From: an uncultured Alphaproteobacteria bacterium
GTDB taxonomy: Bacteria > Pseudomonadota > Alphaproteobacteria > RF32 > CAG-239
DNA: 64,000 bases
Assembly (NCBI GenBank): GCA_944390455.1
Contig: CALXPU010000007.1
Location: 356-64,355, forward strand
Direction of reading: 5' to 3'
A program made the translations under genes and the position numbers. The stretch's first letter is position 1; the number at the start of each line of letters is the position of its first letter. Shown here piece after piece: positions 20,689-31,510 of the stretch. The notes under the pieces are model-generated. The model had not been told where the DNA came from and ran no database searches. It worked only from the letters and a program-made list of their open reading frames with translations.

Positions 20689-22956
20689 ATGGCTCAAGAG
20701 AAAACGAAAGAAAAAAAATCAAATAAAATTCCTAATTTTGCGGAATATGAACGTGAGCGCCTTAAAAATTTGGCAAGTGAAGCGAGGAAAGCTGCTCAAG
20801 AACTCAAATCTGCCGGACAGAAAATAGGAAAAGAAGTTTTGGATGCTCCGGAAAAAAAAGTTAAAGAGAAGGGAACACTTAAAACATCTTGGGAGGTTTT
20901 TAAGGAAGCCTGGGAAAAAACTGGTAAAGATTTTAGAAAATCAGTTGGCTATAAAATGGGAGAATCTGTTTTTCAGGGATTGTTACCATATTGTCAGAAT
21001 TTGTTATTTGGTTCACTTTCGGGGATTGTTGCCGGTACAAGCGGGGCAACAGCTAAATTCTTTGGAGCGGCAGCTCTTAATGTTGCACGACAAAGATTGG
21101 GGGATTTCTGCCGATTTAAATCTAAAATGGCAACGATTGTTTTAAATGATACGCATGCTAATGCCGCTTCTAGTTCTATCTATAAGGATATTCTTCATAA
21201 ACCGCGTCCGTATTTTAAAGATAATGCTCCAGCATCTTTGGGAGGTTTGACATCAGAGATTGTTTCGGCTAAAAATACTTTGCTAAATAAATCAGTAGAA
21301 TGTATGTCTAAAGTGATTGTATTTGGTATTAGTTCTGCTAGTTTAGTGGCTGTTGATCCGATGCTTGCTGCAGGGGTTTTGGGCGTGACTGTGGTTACGG
21401 CAGAATTTGGCGGATATATGAATAAAGTTTATCGTAAACTCAATAGTAAAATGCGTTCTTTTTCTCATAAAATCTCTAAAGAAAATAGTGATTCAATTAA
21501 AAATACACCACTTGTCCAAGATACTAATCGGGTTGAAGTGGAAACAAAGCAAATGGAAAATCGCTTAAATAAAGCTTCTAAAGTTACACAGAAGATTACA
21601 TATGCTAAGAGTAAAGCTTATCTGAAAATGAGTATGGCTATTAATATCGGTATGGAAGGATTAATTATGGCGGCAGCTTTTGCTGATGTGGTTAAAACCG
21701 GAGATATCGGCCGGTTTGCTCTGATTAGCACGGCTTCGTGGCAGATGATGAGCTCTGGGAATATGCTTTCGGAATTTTGGAATGAAATGCAGGCGGGAAC
21801 GCATAGACTTATTGATGCTTCTAAAAAATTGATTACACCAAAAGAACTTGAACGTGTTACAGGTAAAGAAAAATTAACCGAAAGGGATACTAAAATTAGT
21901 GTGCGAAAAGTTAATTTTGCATATCCGCAAATTAAAGATGTTACCGATATGAGCTTGGTTGAGGCCATGGATCGAGAAGGCGAGATTAAAAGAGGCGAAA
22001 ATGTGCTTAAAGATTTAAGTGTTGAGTTTGATAAAGGTTGTTTAACGGCTGTAGTTGGTACTTCAGGTAATGGCAAATCCACGTTGATGAGCCTTATTCG
22101 TCATGATTATGATGCTCAGTCGGGGCAAATATTTATCGGAAATAAGGAAATTCGTGAATTATCTGATGATGAACTTAATGCGCATATTGCGTTTGTGGAT
22201 CAAAATGTACACTTTTTTGATGAAAGCGTGGGGTATAATCTTAAATATTTTAAGCCTGAAGCTACAGATGAAGAACTTATGCAGGCATGCGAAAAAGCAG
22301 GATTTAATCGTGATATTCAGAAGTTTAATGATGGTCTTTCTCATAAAATCGGGCAAGATGGAGCTAAACTTTCTGGTGGACAAAGACAACGTTTGGCGCT
22401 GGCTCGTGTCTTTTTAACCGATAAACCGATAGTGATCATGGATGAACCGACAACAGGTCTTGATCCAAATCTTAGTCTTAAAATTATGAAGTCTCTTAAA
22501 GATATGGCTCAAGATAAAACGGTGATTATGGTGACACATAATCCAACTGAAGTTGCGCTTTCTGATAGAGTGGTTGTGATTGAAAAAGGTGAAATTGCTG
22601 CGGACGGAAAGCCGATGGATTTGATTAAAACCAGTGAGTTTTTGCGTAATGTCTTAACTAAAGATGATATTAAAAACAAAAATAAGCTTTATCAAACCAG
22701 TATTAATGGGGTTAATCCGATGCAGGAGGCTGCAACTGTGCTTAATGAAGAAGCTAACGGTAAAGTTTTGAGCGATATTGAAAGGGCGGAGAAAAGAAAA
22801 CTTTTGGAAGCGCATAAGAGAGCTTATGTTGGGGTTCGCAAGAAAACGCTTGAAAATCAACGTCGCAAGGAAGGCAAACCTTTACCAGAAAAGAAACAGA
22901 GACAACCTCTTAATCCGCCATCAGCTGTATTAAATCGTGGTGGGGCGGAGATTTAA
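20689..22956 (+). CDS. ABC exporter, fused permease/ATPase with long K/E-rich N- and C-terminal tails (paralog of 15654..17603)
   Basis: NBD GTSGNGKST…LSGGQRQRLALARV…IVIMDEPTTGLD…VTHNP. SD agggag 8 nt before ATG 20689. Extended -10 TGgTAAAAT at about 20643-20651. Confidence 0.8.
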   Translation: MAQEKTKEKKSNKIPNFAEYERERLKNLASEARKAAQELKSAGQKIGKEVLDAPEKKVKEKGTLKTSWEVFKEAWEKTGKDFRKSVGYKMGESVFQGLLPYCQNLLFGSLSGIVAGTSGATAKFFGAAALNVARQRLGDFCRFKSKMATIVLNDTHANAASSSIYKDILHKPRPYFKDNAPASLGGLTSEIVSAKNTLLNKSVECMSKVIVFGISSASLVAVDPMLAAGVLGVTVVTAEFGGYMNKVYRKLNSKMRSFSHKISKENSDSIKNTPLVQDTNRVEVETKQMENRLNKASKVTQKITYAKSKAYLKMSMAINIGMEGLIMAAAFADVVKTGDIGRFALISTASWQMMSSGNMLSEFWNEMQAGTHRLIDASKKLITPKELERVTGKEKLTERDTKISVRKVNFAYPQIKDVTDMSLVEAMDREGEIKRGENVLKDLSVEFDKGCLTAVVGTSGNGKSTLMSLIRHDYDAQSGQIFIGNKEIRELSDDELNAHIAFVDQNVHFFDESVGYNLKYFKPEATDEELMQACEKAGFNRDIQKFNDGLSHKIGQDGAKLSGGQRQRLALARVFLTDKPIVIMDEPTTGLDPNLSLKIMKSLKDMAQDKTVIMVTHNPTEVALSDRVVVIEKGEIAADGKPMDLIKTSEFLRNVLTKDDIKNKNKLYQTSINGVNPMQEAATVLNEEANGKVLSDIERAEKRKLLEAHKRAYVGVRKKTLENQRRKEGKPLPEKKQRQPLNPPSAVLNRGGAEI

Positions 22957-22988
22957 TAATAGCTTATACTTTAAGGTTAGGGGCTTGG

Positions 22989-24734
22989 TTATGATTGGAT
23001 AAAGCCGTCTGACTGCAAATTGAATAAATGGTAAAATTTACCGGATTTGTTTTTGAGCAATTCTTGTGGTGCTCCACTTTCTACGATTTTGCCGTGTTCC
23101 AGCACTACTATTCTATCCATGTTTCTTAAAGTTGATAAGCGGTGGGCAATCGCTATAACGGTTTTGTTTTTCATGATGTTTTGTAGAGCCTTTTGGATGG
23201 CTGTTTCTGATTCGCTATCTAAAGCGGAAGTAGCTTCATCTAAAATTAAAATCGGAGTGTCTTTTAGGATAGCTGAGGCTATGGCTATTCTTTGTCTTTC
23301 GCCGCCGGATACCTTAACTCCTCTTTCTCCGACTACGCTTTGATACCCTTTAGGCATTTTTAAGATTGTGTCGTGAATTTGAGCTAGTTTGGCTGCTTTG
23401 TAAACATCTTCATCGGAGGCTTTAGGGTTTGAAAAGCGGATGTTATTTATTATAGAACGATTGAATAAGGTCGGCTCTTGCGGGATAAGGGCTATATGAC
23501 GGTGTAGCGAACTTTGTGTTATCTTGGCAATGTTTTGCTCAGAAATCTGAATTTCTCCTCCTTTTATGTCATAGGCGCGGAGGATTAAATTGATTAGAGT
23601 TGATTTGCCTGAGCCAGATAAACCAACGATACCGACTTTTTCGTTTGCTTTTATTTCTAGATTGAAATCTTCAAATAATGGGGCTTTGTTTTCATAGGCA
23701 AAGCTCATATTTTTTATGGAAATATTGGGCTTGCTTATTTTTAGTTGCTTGGCGTTGGGGGCGTCATTGACTTCTATCGGTTTATAAATGATATTTATAG
23801 CATCTTCTAAACCGCCTAGGTTTTGTTGATAGCGTATGATAAAATCTCCTATTCTATCTATCGGAGATAAAAGTAAATGAATGTATGTCAAGGCAATCAG
23901 AACTTGGCTGATATTGAGATTTTTTGCATGCCAGAAATAAACTAAAATCAATAGAGATATGACGCGTAAGACCATCAGCGATAAGATATTAAAGCTGTTG
24001 GATATGCCTGTTTCTTGTCCTTTTTTGAGGTAACTTCGGACGACTTTTTTCAGTGTTTTGCCTAAGTAAGCCTTTTCATGCAATACAGCGCCGCAGTTTT
24101 TTACTAGGCGGGCATTGGCGATACTGTCTACGATAATTCCGGCAGCTTCCGACTCTAATTGAGCGTTTTCTCTGGAGATTGGTTTTAGGTTTTTGCAGTG
24201 GTAGTAGTTAAAGAAACTTGTTATTACGCAAAAAAAGGTAATGGATGTGGCTAAGCCTTTGTCAACGCTGAATAATATCGGTAAGGCAACTGCATAGGGG
24301 ATAATGACTGCTTCCAATACGCCTTTAAAACTCCAGCAGAGATTTATGGTTTGAAGGACAAGTTGAATAACTTTATTAGATATTTTTCCGGACATTTCTT
24401 CGGTAAAATATGAAGTGGAGTGTTTATGTGTGTACTTGAATGCGTCTTTGTAAATATTGCGTTTTAGAAAAATATCCATGCGAAATTCAAAAATGGTGCG
24501 TAGGCCGTCGCAAATATTTGAGCCAAAATGTAGGGCAGCGTATATGGCAACATAGGTTATAGAAGTGCTGGTTATAATTTGCGTTGGATTTTCAACAATG
24601 TAACCGAACAACGATGCAATGTAGTAATTGTCTAGGTAAATAAATACACGACTGAGCCCAAATAAACCAAAGGTGGCGATGGTGTACAATTTAATTCGTC
24701 TTAAGTATTTGAAAATAAATTTTATTGCGGTCAT
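22989..24734 (-). CDS. ABC transporter ATP-binding/permease protein, MsbA-like exporter (tandem paralog 1 of 3)
   Basis: 6-TM TMD plus NBD (GLSGSGKST, VSGGERQRIAIA, ILILDEATSALD, IAHRL). Confidence 0.9.
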   Translation of the reverse strand: MTAIKFIFKYLRRIKLYTIATFGLFGLSRVFIYLDNYYIASLFGYIVENPTQIITSTSITYVAIYAALHFGSNICDGLRTIFEFRMDIFLKRNIYKDAFKYTHKHSTSYFTEEMSGKISNKVIQLVLQTINLCWSFKGVLEAVIIPYAVALPILFSVDKGLATSITFFCVITSFFNYYHCKNLKPISRENAQLESEAAGIIVDSIANARLVKNCGAVLHEKAYLGKTLKKVVRSYLKKGQETGISNSFNILSLMVLRVISLLILVYFWHAKNLNISQVLIALTYIHLLLSPIDRIGDFIIRYQQNLGGLEDAINIIYKPIEVNDAPNAKQLKISKPNISIKNMSFAYENKAPLFEDFNLEIKANEKVGIVGLSGSGKSTLINLILRAYDIKGGEIQISEQNIAKITQSSLHRHIALIPQEPTLFNRSIINNIRFSNPKASDEDVYKAAKLAQIHDTILKMPKGYQSVVGERGVKVSGGERQRIAIASAILKDTPILILDEATSALDSESETAIQKALQNIMKNKTVIAIAHRLSTLRNMDRIVVLEHGKIVESGAPQELLKNKSGKFYHLFNLQSDGFIQS

Positions 24735-26488
24735 GCTTCTTCTCCATAAGAAAGATAGCCATTGTTTTGGAGCTGATAAAGTTTGTAGAATGTGCCGGAT
24801 TTGTTTTTGAGTAGTTCATCTATGGAACCTTCTTCAATTATCTTGCCATTTTCTAAGACGATTATTCTATCCATGCTTCTTAAGGTTGATAAACGGTGAG
24901 CAATGGCGATAACGGTTTTATCTTTGATGATATTTTGTAATGCCTTTTCTATCATTATTTCCGCTTCACTGTCTAAGGCCGATGTTGCTTCATCCAAAAT
25001 TAAAATCGGAGCATCTTTTAGGATAGCAGAGGCTATGGCTATTCTTTGTCTTTCGCCGCCGGATACCTTAACGCCTCTTTCTCCGACTACGCTTTGATAC
25101 CCTTTAGGCATTTTTAAAATCGTGTCGTGAATTTGAGCTAGTTTGGCTGCTTTGTAAACATCTTCATCAGATGCTTTGGGGTTTGAAAAGCGGATGTTAT
25201 TCATTATGGAGCGGTTAAATAAACTGGGTTCTTGTGGAATTAAGGCTATGTGATGGCGCAACGAACTTTGTGTCACTTCTGTAATATTTTGCTCGGAAAT
25301 CTTAATTTCTCCCCCTTTTATATCATAGGCGCGAAGAATTAAATTGATTAGAGTGGATTTGCCGGAGCCTGATAAACCAACGATACCGACTTTCTCGTTT
25401 GCTTTTATTTCTAGATTGAAATCTTCAAACAATGGGGCTTTGTTTTCATAAGCAAAGCTCATATTTTTGATAGAGATATTGGGGGTGTTTATTTTTAATT
25501 GTTTAGCGTTGGGAGCATCATTTATTTCTATCGGTTTATAGATGACATTTATAGCATCCTCCAAAGAGCCTGTGTCTTGTAAATAGCGAAGAAATGCAGC
25601 TCCTATTTGATTTATGGGGGATAATGCTAACTGAATGTAAGTTAAGGCAATCAGAACTTGGCTGATGTTGAGATTTTTTGTATGCCAGAAGTAAACTAAA
25701 ATCAGTAAAGATATGACACGCAAGACCATTAGGGATGTAGTATTGAAACTGATTGATATTCCTCTTTCGTGTCCTTGTTTTAAATGGCTTTTGATGACTT
25801 TTTTAAGAGCTTTACCTAAGTAAGCCTTTTCATGCAATATGGCACCGCAATTTTTAACTAGGCGAGCATTGGCAATGCTATCCACGATAATTCCGGTGGC
25901 TTCTGACTCTAATTTTGCATTTTCTTTGGATATCGGTTTTAGAATCTTGCTGTGCCAACAGTTGAGGAGACTTGTTATTATGCAAAAAAAGATGATGGAT
26001 GTAGCTAAACCTTTGTCAATACTAAACAATATCGGTAGGGCGACAGCATAAGGAATAATGACGATTTCAAGTATTATTTTAAAACACCCACAAAAATATA
26101 TTGAACTATCTACAAGTTGAATAATTTTATCAGATACTTTTCCGGACATTTCTTCCGTAAAATAAGAAGAGGAGTGTTTATGCGTATGTTTGAATGCATC
26201 TTTATAAATATTGCGTTTTAAGAAAATATCCATGCGAAGTTCTGTAAAGGCACGAATACTATCGATTACGTTTGAACTAAAGTGCAAGAGAGTATATATG
26301 ATAATATAGGTTAAAGAAGTGTTGGTTATTATTTGTGTCGGATTTTCGGCTATATAACCGAATAATGAGGCTATATAATAATTGTCCAGATAAATGAGAG
26401 TGCGTTCAAGGCTATATAAACCAAGTGTTGCGATGGTGTAGAGCTTGATTTGCTTAAAATATTTGAAAATAAATTTTATTGCAGTCAT
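24731..26488 (-). CDS. ABC transporter ATP-binding/permease protein, MsbA-like exporter (tandem paralog 2; mosaic)
   Basis: Same architecture. ATGA overlap with paralog 1. Middle section near-identical to paralog 1, last about 85 codons identical to paralog 3. Confidence 0.9.
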   Translation of the reverse strand: MTAIKFIFKYFKQIKLYTIATLGLYSLERTLIYLDNYYIASLFGYIAENPTQIITNTSLTYIIIYTLLHFSSNVIDSIRAFTELRMDIFLKRNIYKDAFKHTHKHSSSYFTEEMSGKVSDKIIQLVDSSIYFCGCFKIILEIVIIPYAVALPILFSIDKGLATSIIFFCIITSLLNCWHSKILKPISKENAKLESEATGIIVDSIANARLVKNCGAILHEKAYLGKALKKVIKSHLKQGHERGISISFNTTSLMVLRVISLLILVYFWHTKNLNISQVLIALTYIQLALSPINQIGAAFLRYLQDTGSLEDAINVIYKPIEINDAPNAKQLKINTPNISIKNMSFAYENKAPLFEDFNLEIKANEKVGIVGLSGSGKSTLINLILRAYDIKGGEIKISEQNITEVTQSSLRHHIALIPQEPSLFNRSIMNNIRFSNPKASDEDVYKAAKLAQIHDTILKMPKGYQSVVGERGVKVSGGERQRIAIASAILKDAPILILDEATSALDSEAEIMIEKALQNIIKDKTVIAIAHRLSTLRSMDRIIVLENGKIIEEGSIDELLKNKSGTFYKLYQLQNNGYLSYGEEA

Positions 26489-28245
26489 GCTTCTTCTCCA
26501 TAAGAAAGATAGCCATTATTTTGGAGCTGATAAAGTTTATAGAATGTACCGGATTTGTTTTTGAGTAGTTCATCAATGGGACCTTCTTCAATTATCTTGC
26601 CATTTTCTAAGACAATTATTCTATCCATGCTTCTTAATGTAGAAAGTCTATGAGCGATGGCAATCACGGTTTTATCTTTGATGATATTTTGTAATGCCTT
26701 TTCTATCATTATTTCCGCTTCACTGTCTAAGGCCGATGTTGCTTCATCCAAAATTAAAATCGGAGCATTTTGTAAAATAGCGCGGGCAATAGCAATGCGT
26801 TGTCTTTCTCCACCGGAAAGCATTGTCCCTCTTTCACCGACGACGCTATTGTATCCGTGTGGTAAATTCATAATGGTTTTATCAATTTGTGCTAATTGAG
26901 CGGCTTGGCGGATTTGCTCTTCGCTCGCTTGTGAGTTGGTTATACGCAAATTTTCCAAGATACTACGATTAAATAAGGCGGTATCTTGTGAGATAACGGC
27001 AATGTTTTTGTGGTGGGAGCGGAAAGTTAAGTCTTTGATATTTGTTTTGTTTAGCAATATTTCTCCGCTGTCTACATCATAAGCGCGAAGTAATAAGTTA
27101 ATCAAGGTGGATTTTCCTGAGCCGGAATGTCCGACTACTCCAATCTTTTCTCCGGCTTTGATATGTAGATTTAGGTTTTCAAATATCGGTTTGCCTTTGA
27201 TGTATGCAAAGTTTACGTTTTTGAATATTATTTCAGCTTTTGTTGGGCGTATGTTGATGGCGTTTTCTTTTTCTTTGATGTCAATGGGTTGGTTTAGGGT
27301 TGAGAAATTAGCACGAATTCCTCCCAGCTGATCAGATATAAATTGGCAGTAGTTGTTTATGCCCATGGTGGCTAAAACTAAGTTGACCAAGGTGGTGTAA
27401 ACGTAAAACAGATTATCCAGAGCGATATTGTCTTTTTGTGCAAAATATAAGATTAAAAAGATTCCGGAGGTTAAGAATACGGTATCTATTGCATGAAAGG
27501 TAAAACGCGAAACAATTTGATAACGTCCTTGTTCGGCTATGCGTAAAAGGGCTTGTTTTAAGCTTTTGTAAAAATAAAGTTGTTCGCTGAAAAATGATCC
27601 GCTGTATTTGACTAAATTGGCATTGGCAATGCTGTCTACTAAAATGCCTTTGGCTATGTTTTCATAATTTACACGATTTCGGCCTAAATCAAAAAAGTGA
27701 CGATTTACTTTATATACGGCGAAAAAATATGGAATGTTTATTGCAAATAATAGGGCGCTTAGTGATGGACTGAATGTTGCTATAATGGAATAAGATACGA
27801 TTAAAATTCCCATTGGACGGATGAGTAAAAAACAGGTATCCGAGAATAATTGTGTTAAACTCTGGCATAATCCTGTTAGTGCCGATGATATACGACCACT
27901 CATTTCATCATCAAAGTAACGAACGGAATGAGCATGAATTTTGGTGAAAATGTCTGTTACTAAATGACTTAAAAATGTTTGGGAAAAGGCGTCTTTTATA
28001 TATGTGGCGTAGTAGCCGTTTACGAGGGCGCGGATAAGGTAATATCCGACTAATATCAATAAAATTGTGAAACATTGATTGAGCGCTTCGGTTGAGTTTT
28101 TTATTTCAAAGCAACCAACAAGGCGGCTGATAAGCCATGTTTCTAATGGTAAAATGATGCAGGTCAAAATGAATGTAATGCAAAAAAGAATAAACAGTTT
28201 TTTACATTTTTTAAGATTTTTTAATATAAGCGTTCTAATATCCAT
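26485..28245 (-). CDS. ABC transporter ATP-binding/permease protein, MsbA-like exporter (tandem paralog 3)
   Basis: TMD plus NBD (GHSGSGKST, LSGGERQRIAIARA, ILILDEATSALD). ATGA overlap with paralog 2. Confidence 0.9.
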   Translation of the reverse strand: MDIRTLILKNLKKCKKLFILFCITFILTCIILPLETWLISRLVGCFEIKNSTEALNQCFTILLILVGYYLIRALVNGYYATYIKDAFSQTFLSHLVTDIFTKIHAHSVRYFDDEMSGRISSALTGLCQSLTQLFSDTCFLLIRPMGILIVSYSIIATFSPSLSALLFAINIPYFFAVYKVNRHFFDLGRNRVNYENIAKGILVDSIANANLVKYSGSFFSEQLYFYKSLKQALLRIAEQGRYQIVSRFTFHAIDTVFLTSGIFLILYFAQKDNIALDNLFYVYTTLVNLVLATMGINNYCQFISDQLGGIRANFSTLNQPIDIKEKENAINIRPTKAEIIFKNVNFAYIKGKPIFENLNLHIKAGEKIGVVGHSGSGKSTLINLLLRAYDVDSGEILLNKTNIKDLTFRSHHKNIAVISQDTALFNRSILENLRITNSQASEEQIRQAAQLAQIDKTIMNLPHGYNSVVGERGTMLSGGERQRIAIARAILQNAPILILDEATSALDSEAEIMIEKALQNIIKDKTVIAIAHRLSTLRSMDRIIVLENGKIIEEGPIDELLKNKSGTFYKLYQLQNNGYLSYGEEA

Positions 28246-28327
28246 AATAAATAGCCTTAAAAATTTGCGATGTGTGTATAATAGTCAAAAAAATATTTTT
28301 GTCAAGTAAAAAATTAAAAGGAGCTGT

Positions 28328-29344
28328 TTGATGAAGAAAATTGCCATTTTGGTTGTTTTAGTTTTAACGCTCGTGGGAGCTTTTTGGTTTTTAAATCGCT
28401 TGGATTATTCTAAAGTTGCGATTGTTTTACCTTCTTCCGAACGCGCCTCATCTCCTTATTACTATCAAAAAGATGGGGATTTTTTCTTGGCGGATGATTT
28501 AAAACAGGGGTTGCAGAAATTAGGGTACAAAGTTGAGTATAGGTTTCGCGAAAATTATGATGATTTAAATTTGAGTGATATCGGCAATGTGATTTATTTT
28601 AAGGGATATTATAATTTTGAGCATTTGCCGGATGCCGAAAATAAAGACGACGGGCGTAAACGTGTTCTCTATCTCTATTATGTGGAAGGTTTGCATCCTG
28701 AAATATTAAACGAAGTTGATGTGGTGGCTTGTGCTTCGCAAAAGTTTATTAAAGATATGGTTGCTCCATTAGGGGTGGCTACTGCATATATTCCGCAATT
28801 TACTAATCCGGATAGATTTAAGCCGACAGCTAAAGAAATGGATAAGGCTTATACGGTGTTGTTTGTCGGTTCTGACCATTCGGGATTTGGACGCAAAAGT
28901 GTTGATTATGCCGTTTTGGCAGATGCTAACTTGAGTGTTTTTGGCAAGTTTTGGGAAAAAAGTTTGCAACCGGATGTATTAAAAGGGAACTTTATTGAGA
29001 ATAATGACTTGTATCGTTATTATGCAAGTGCGGATATTGTTCTTAATGATCATCGGGAAGATATGAGCTATTATGGATTTATTTCTAACCGAATTTTTGA
29101 TGTGACAGCGTCTGGCGGTTTTGTGCTTACGGATTATTTACCTGAAATTGAGGCAGTTTATGGCGATAGTGTCGCAACTTATAAAGACTATTATGAATTT
29201 AAAGAAAAGTTAGAGTATTATTTGGCTCATCCAGAAGAACGCGCAGTGATGGCTCAGAAAGCTCGTGAGATTACTTTGAAGAACTTTTCTAATGTTAAAA
29301 TTGCGGAAATGTTTGACGCTCTCTTTAAAAATATAAAAAAATGA
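28328..29344 (+). CDS. glycosyltransferase, CgeB-like (DUF3880 / Glyco_trans_1_2-type) with N-terminal membrane anchor
   Basis: N-terminal TM. C-terminal …NRIFDVTASGGFVLTDY… is typical of CgeB-family GT1-like domains. Confidence 0.5.
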   Translation: MMKKIAILVVLVLTLVGAFWFLNRLDYSKVAIVLPSSERASSPYYYQKDGDFFLADDLKQGLQKLGYKVEYRFRENYDDLNLSDIGNVIYFKGYYNFEHLPDAENKDDGRKRVLYLYYVEGLHPEILNEVDVVACASQKFIKDMVAPLGVATAYIPQFTNPDRFKPTAKEMDKAYTVLFVGSDHSGFGRKSVDYAVLADANLSVFGKFWEKSLQPDVLKGNFIENNDLYRYYASADIVLNDHREDMSYYGFISNRIFDVTASGGFVLTDYLPEIEAVYGDSVATYKDYYEFKEKLEYYLAHPEERAVMAQKAREITLKNFSNVKIAEMFDALFKNIKK

Positions 29345-29381
29345 TAAAATCTTTCTCAAAGGCTTGATTTTGTAAAAACGA

Positions 29382-29410
29382 AACACTAACTAACCTATTA
29401 GTTTTAGTGT
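29382..29410. promoter_or_regulatory. inverted repeat ACACTAA-N14-TTAGTGT upstream of groES (possible heat-shock operator; not a canonical CIRCE)
   Basis: Seen in sequence 26 nt upstream of groES ATG. Confidence 0.3.
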
Positions 29411-29435
29411 AACCTATTTGATGGGAGTAATTTAA

Positions 29436-29726
29436 ATGCAAGTAAAGCCTTTACGCGAGAACGTTTTAATTAAACGCGTTGAAGAAGAAAATAAAACCGC
29501 AGGTGGTATTATCCTGCCTGATACAGCGAAAGAAAAGCCCAGCGAGGGAGTTGTTATTGCTGCCGGTGAAGGGCCGAGAACTCCTGATGGAAAAATCTTG
29601 CCGATGAGTGTTAAAGTTGGTGACCATATTTTGTTTAGCAAATGGTCCGGAACTGAAGTTAAAATTGATGGCGAGCCTCATTTGATTATCAAAGAGGGTG
29701 ATATTTTGGCTGTTGTGGAAAGATAA
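29436..29726 (+). CDS. groES: co-chaperonin GroES
   Basis: [29 protein letters not shown] is canonical GroES, 96 aa. Confidence 0.96.
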   Translation: MQVKPLRENVLIKRVEEENKTAGGIILPDTAKEKPSEGVVIAAGEGPRTPDGKILPMSVKVGDHILFSKWSGTEVKIDGEPHLIIKEGDILAVVER

Positions 29727-29730
29727 TTAG

Positions 29731-31392
<1,662 letters not shown>

Positions 31393-31510
31393 TCTTTTTG
31401 TTGCTTATTTGACAGCCGGATTTTTTCCGGCTGTTTTTGTTTGTATAAACTTAATTTTAATTATTGTCTGTTATCCTAGAACACAACAGGTGTTTTTTAG
31501 GATATTTGAA

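Noticed and set aside
23047-26899. Three + strand ORFs (23047..23343, 24903..25097, 26657..26899) with near-identical products MAITVLSLMIFCNAFS…LSPPDTLTPLSPTTL
   Set aside because: They are antisense shadows of the conserved Walker B/signature region of the three minus-strand ABC genes. Their repetition reflects the paralogy of the real genes, not independent coding.
29345-29435. CIRCE element upstream of groES
   Set aside because: The inverted repeat present (ACACTAA-N14-TTAGTGT) does not match the CIRCE consensus TTAGCACTC-N9-GAGTGCTAA, so it is reported only as a generic inverted repeat.
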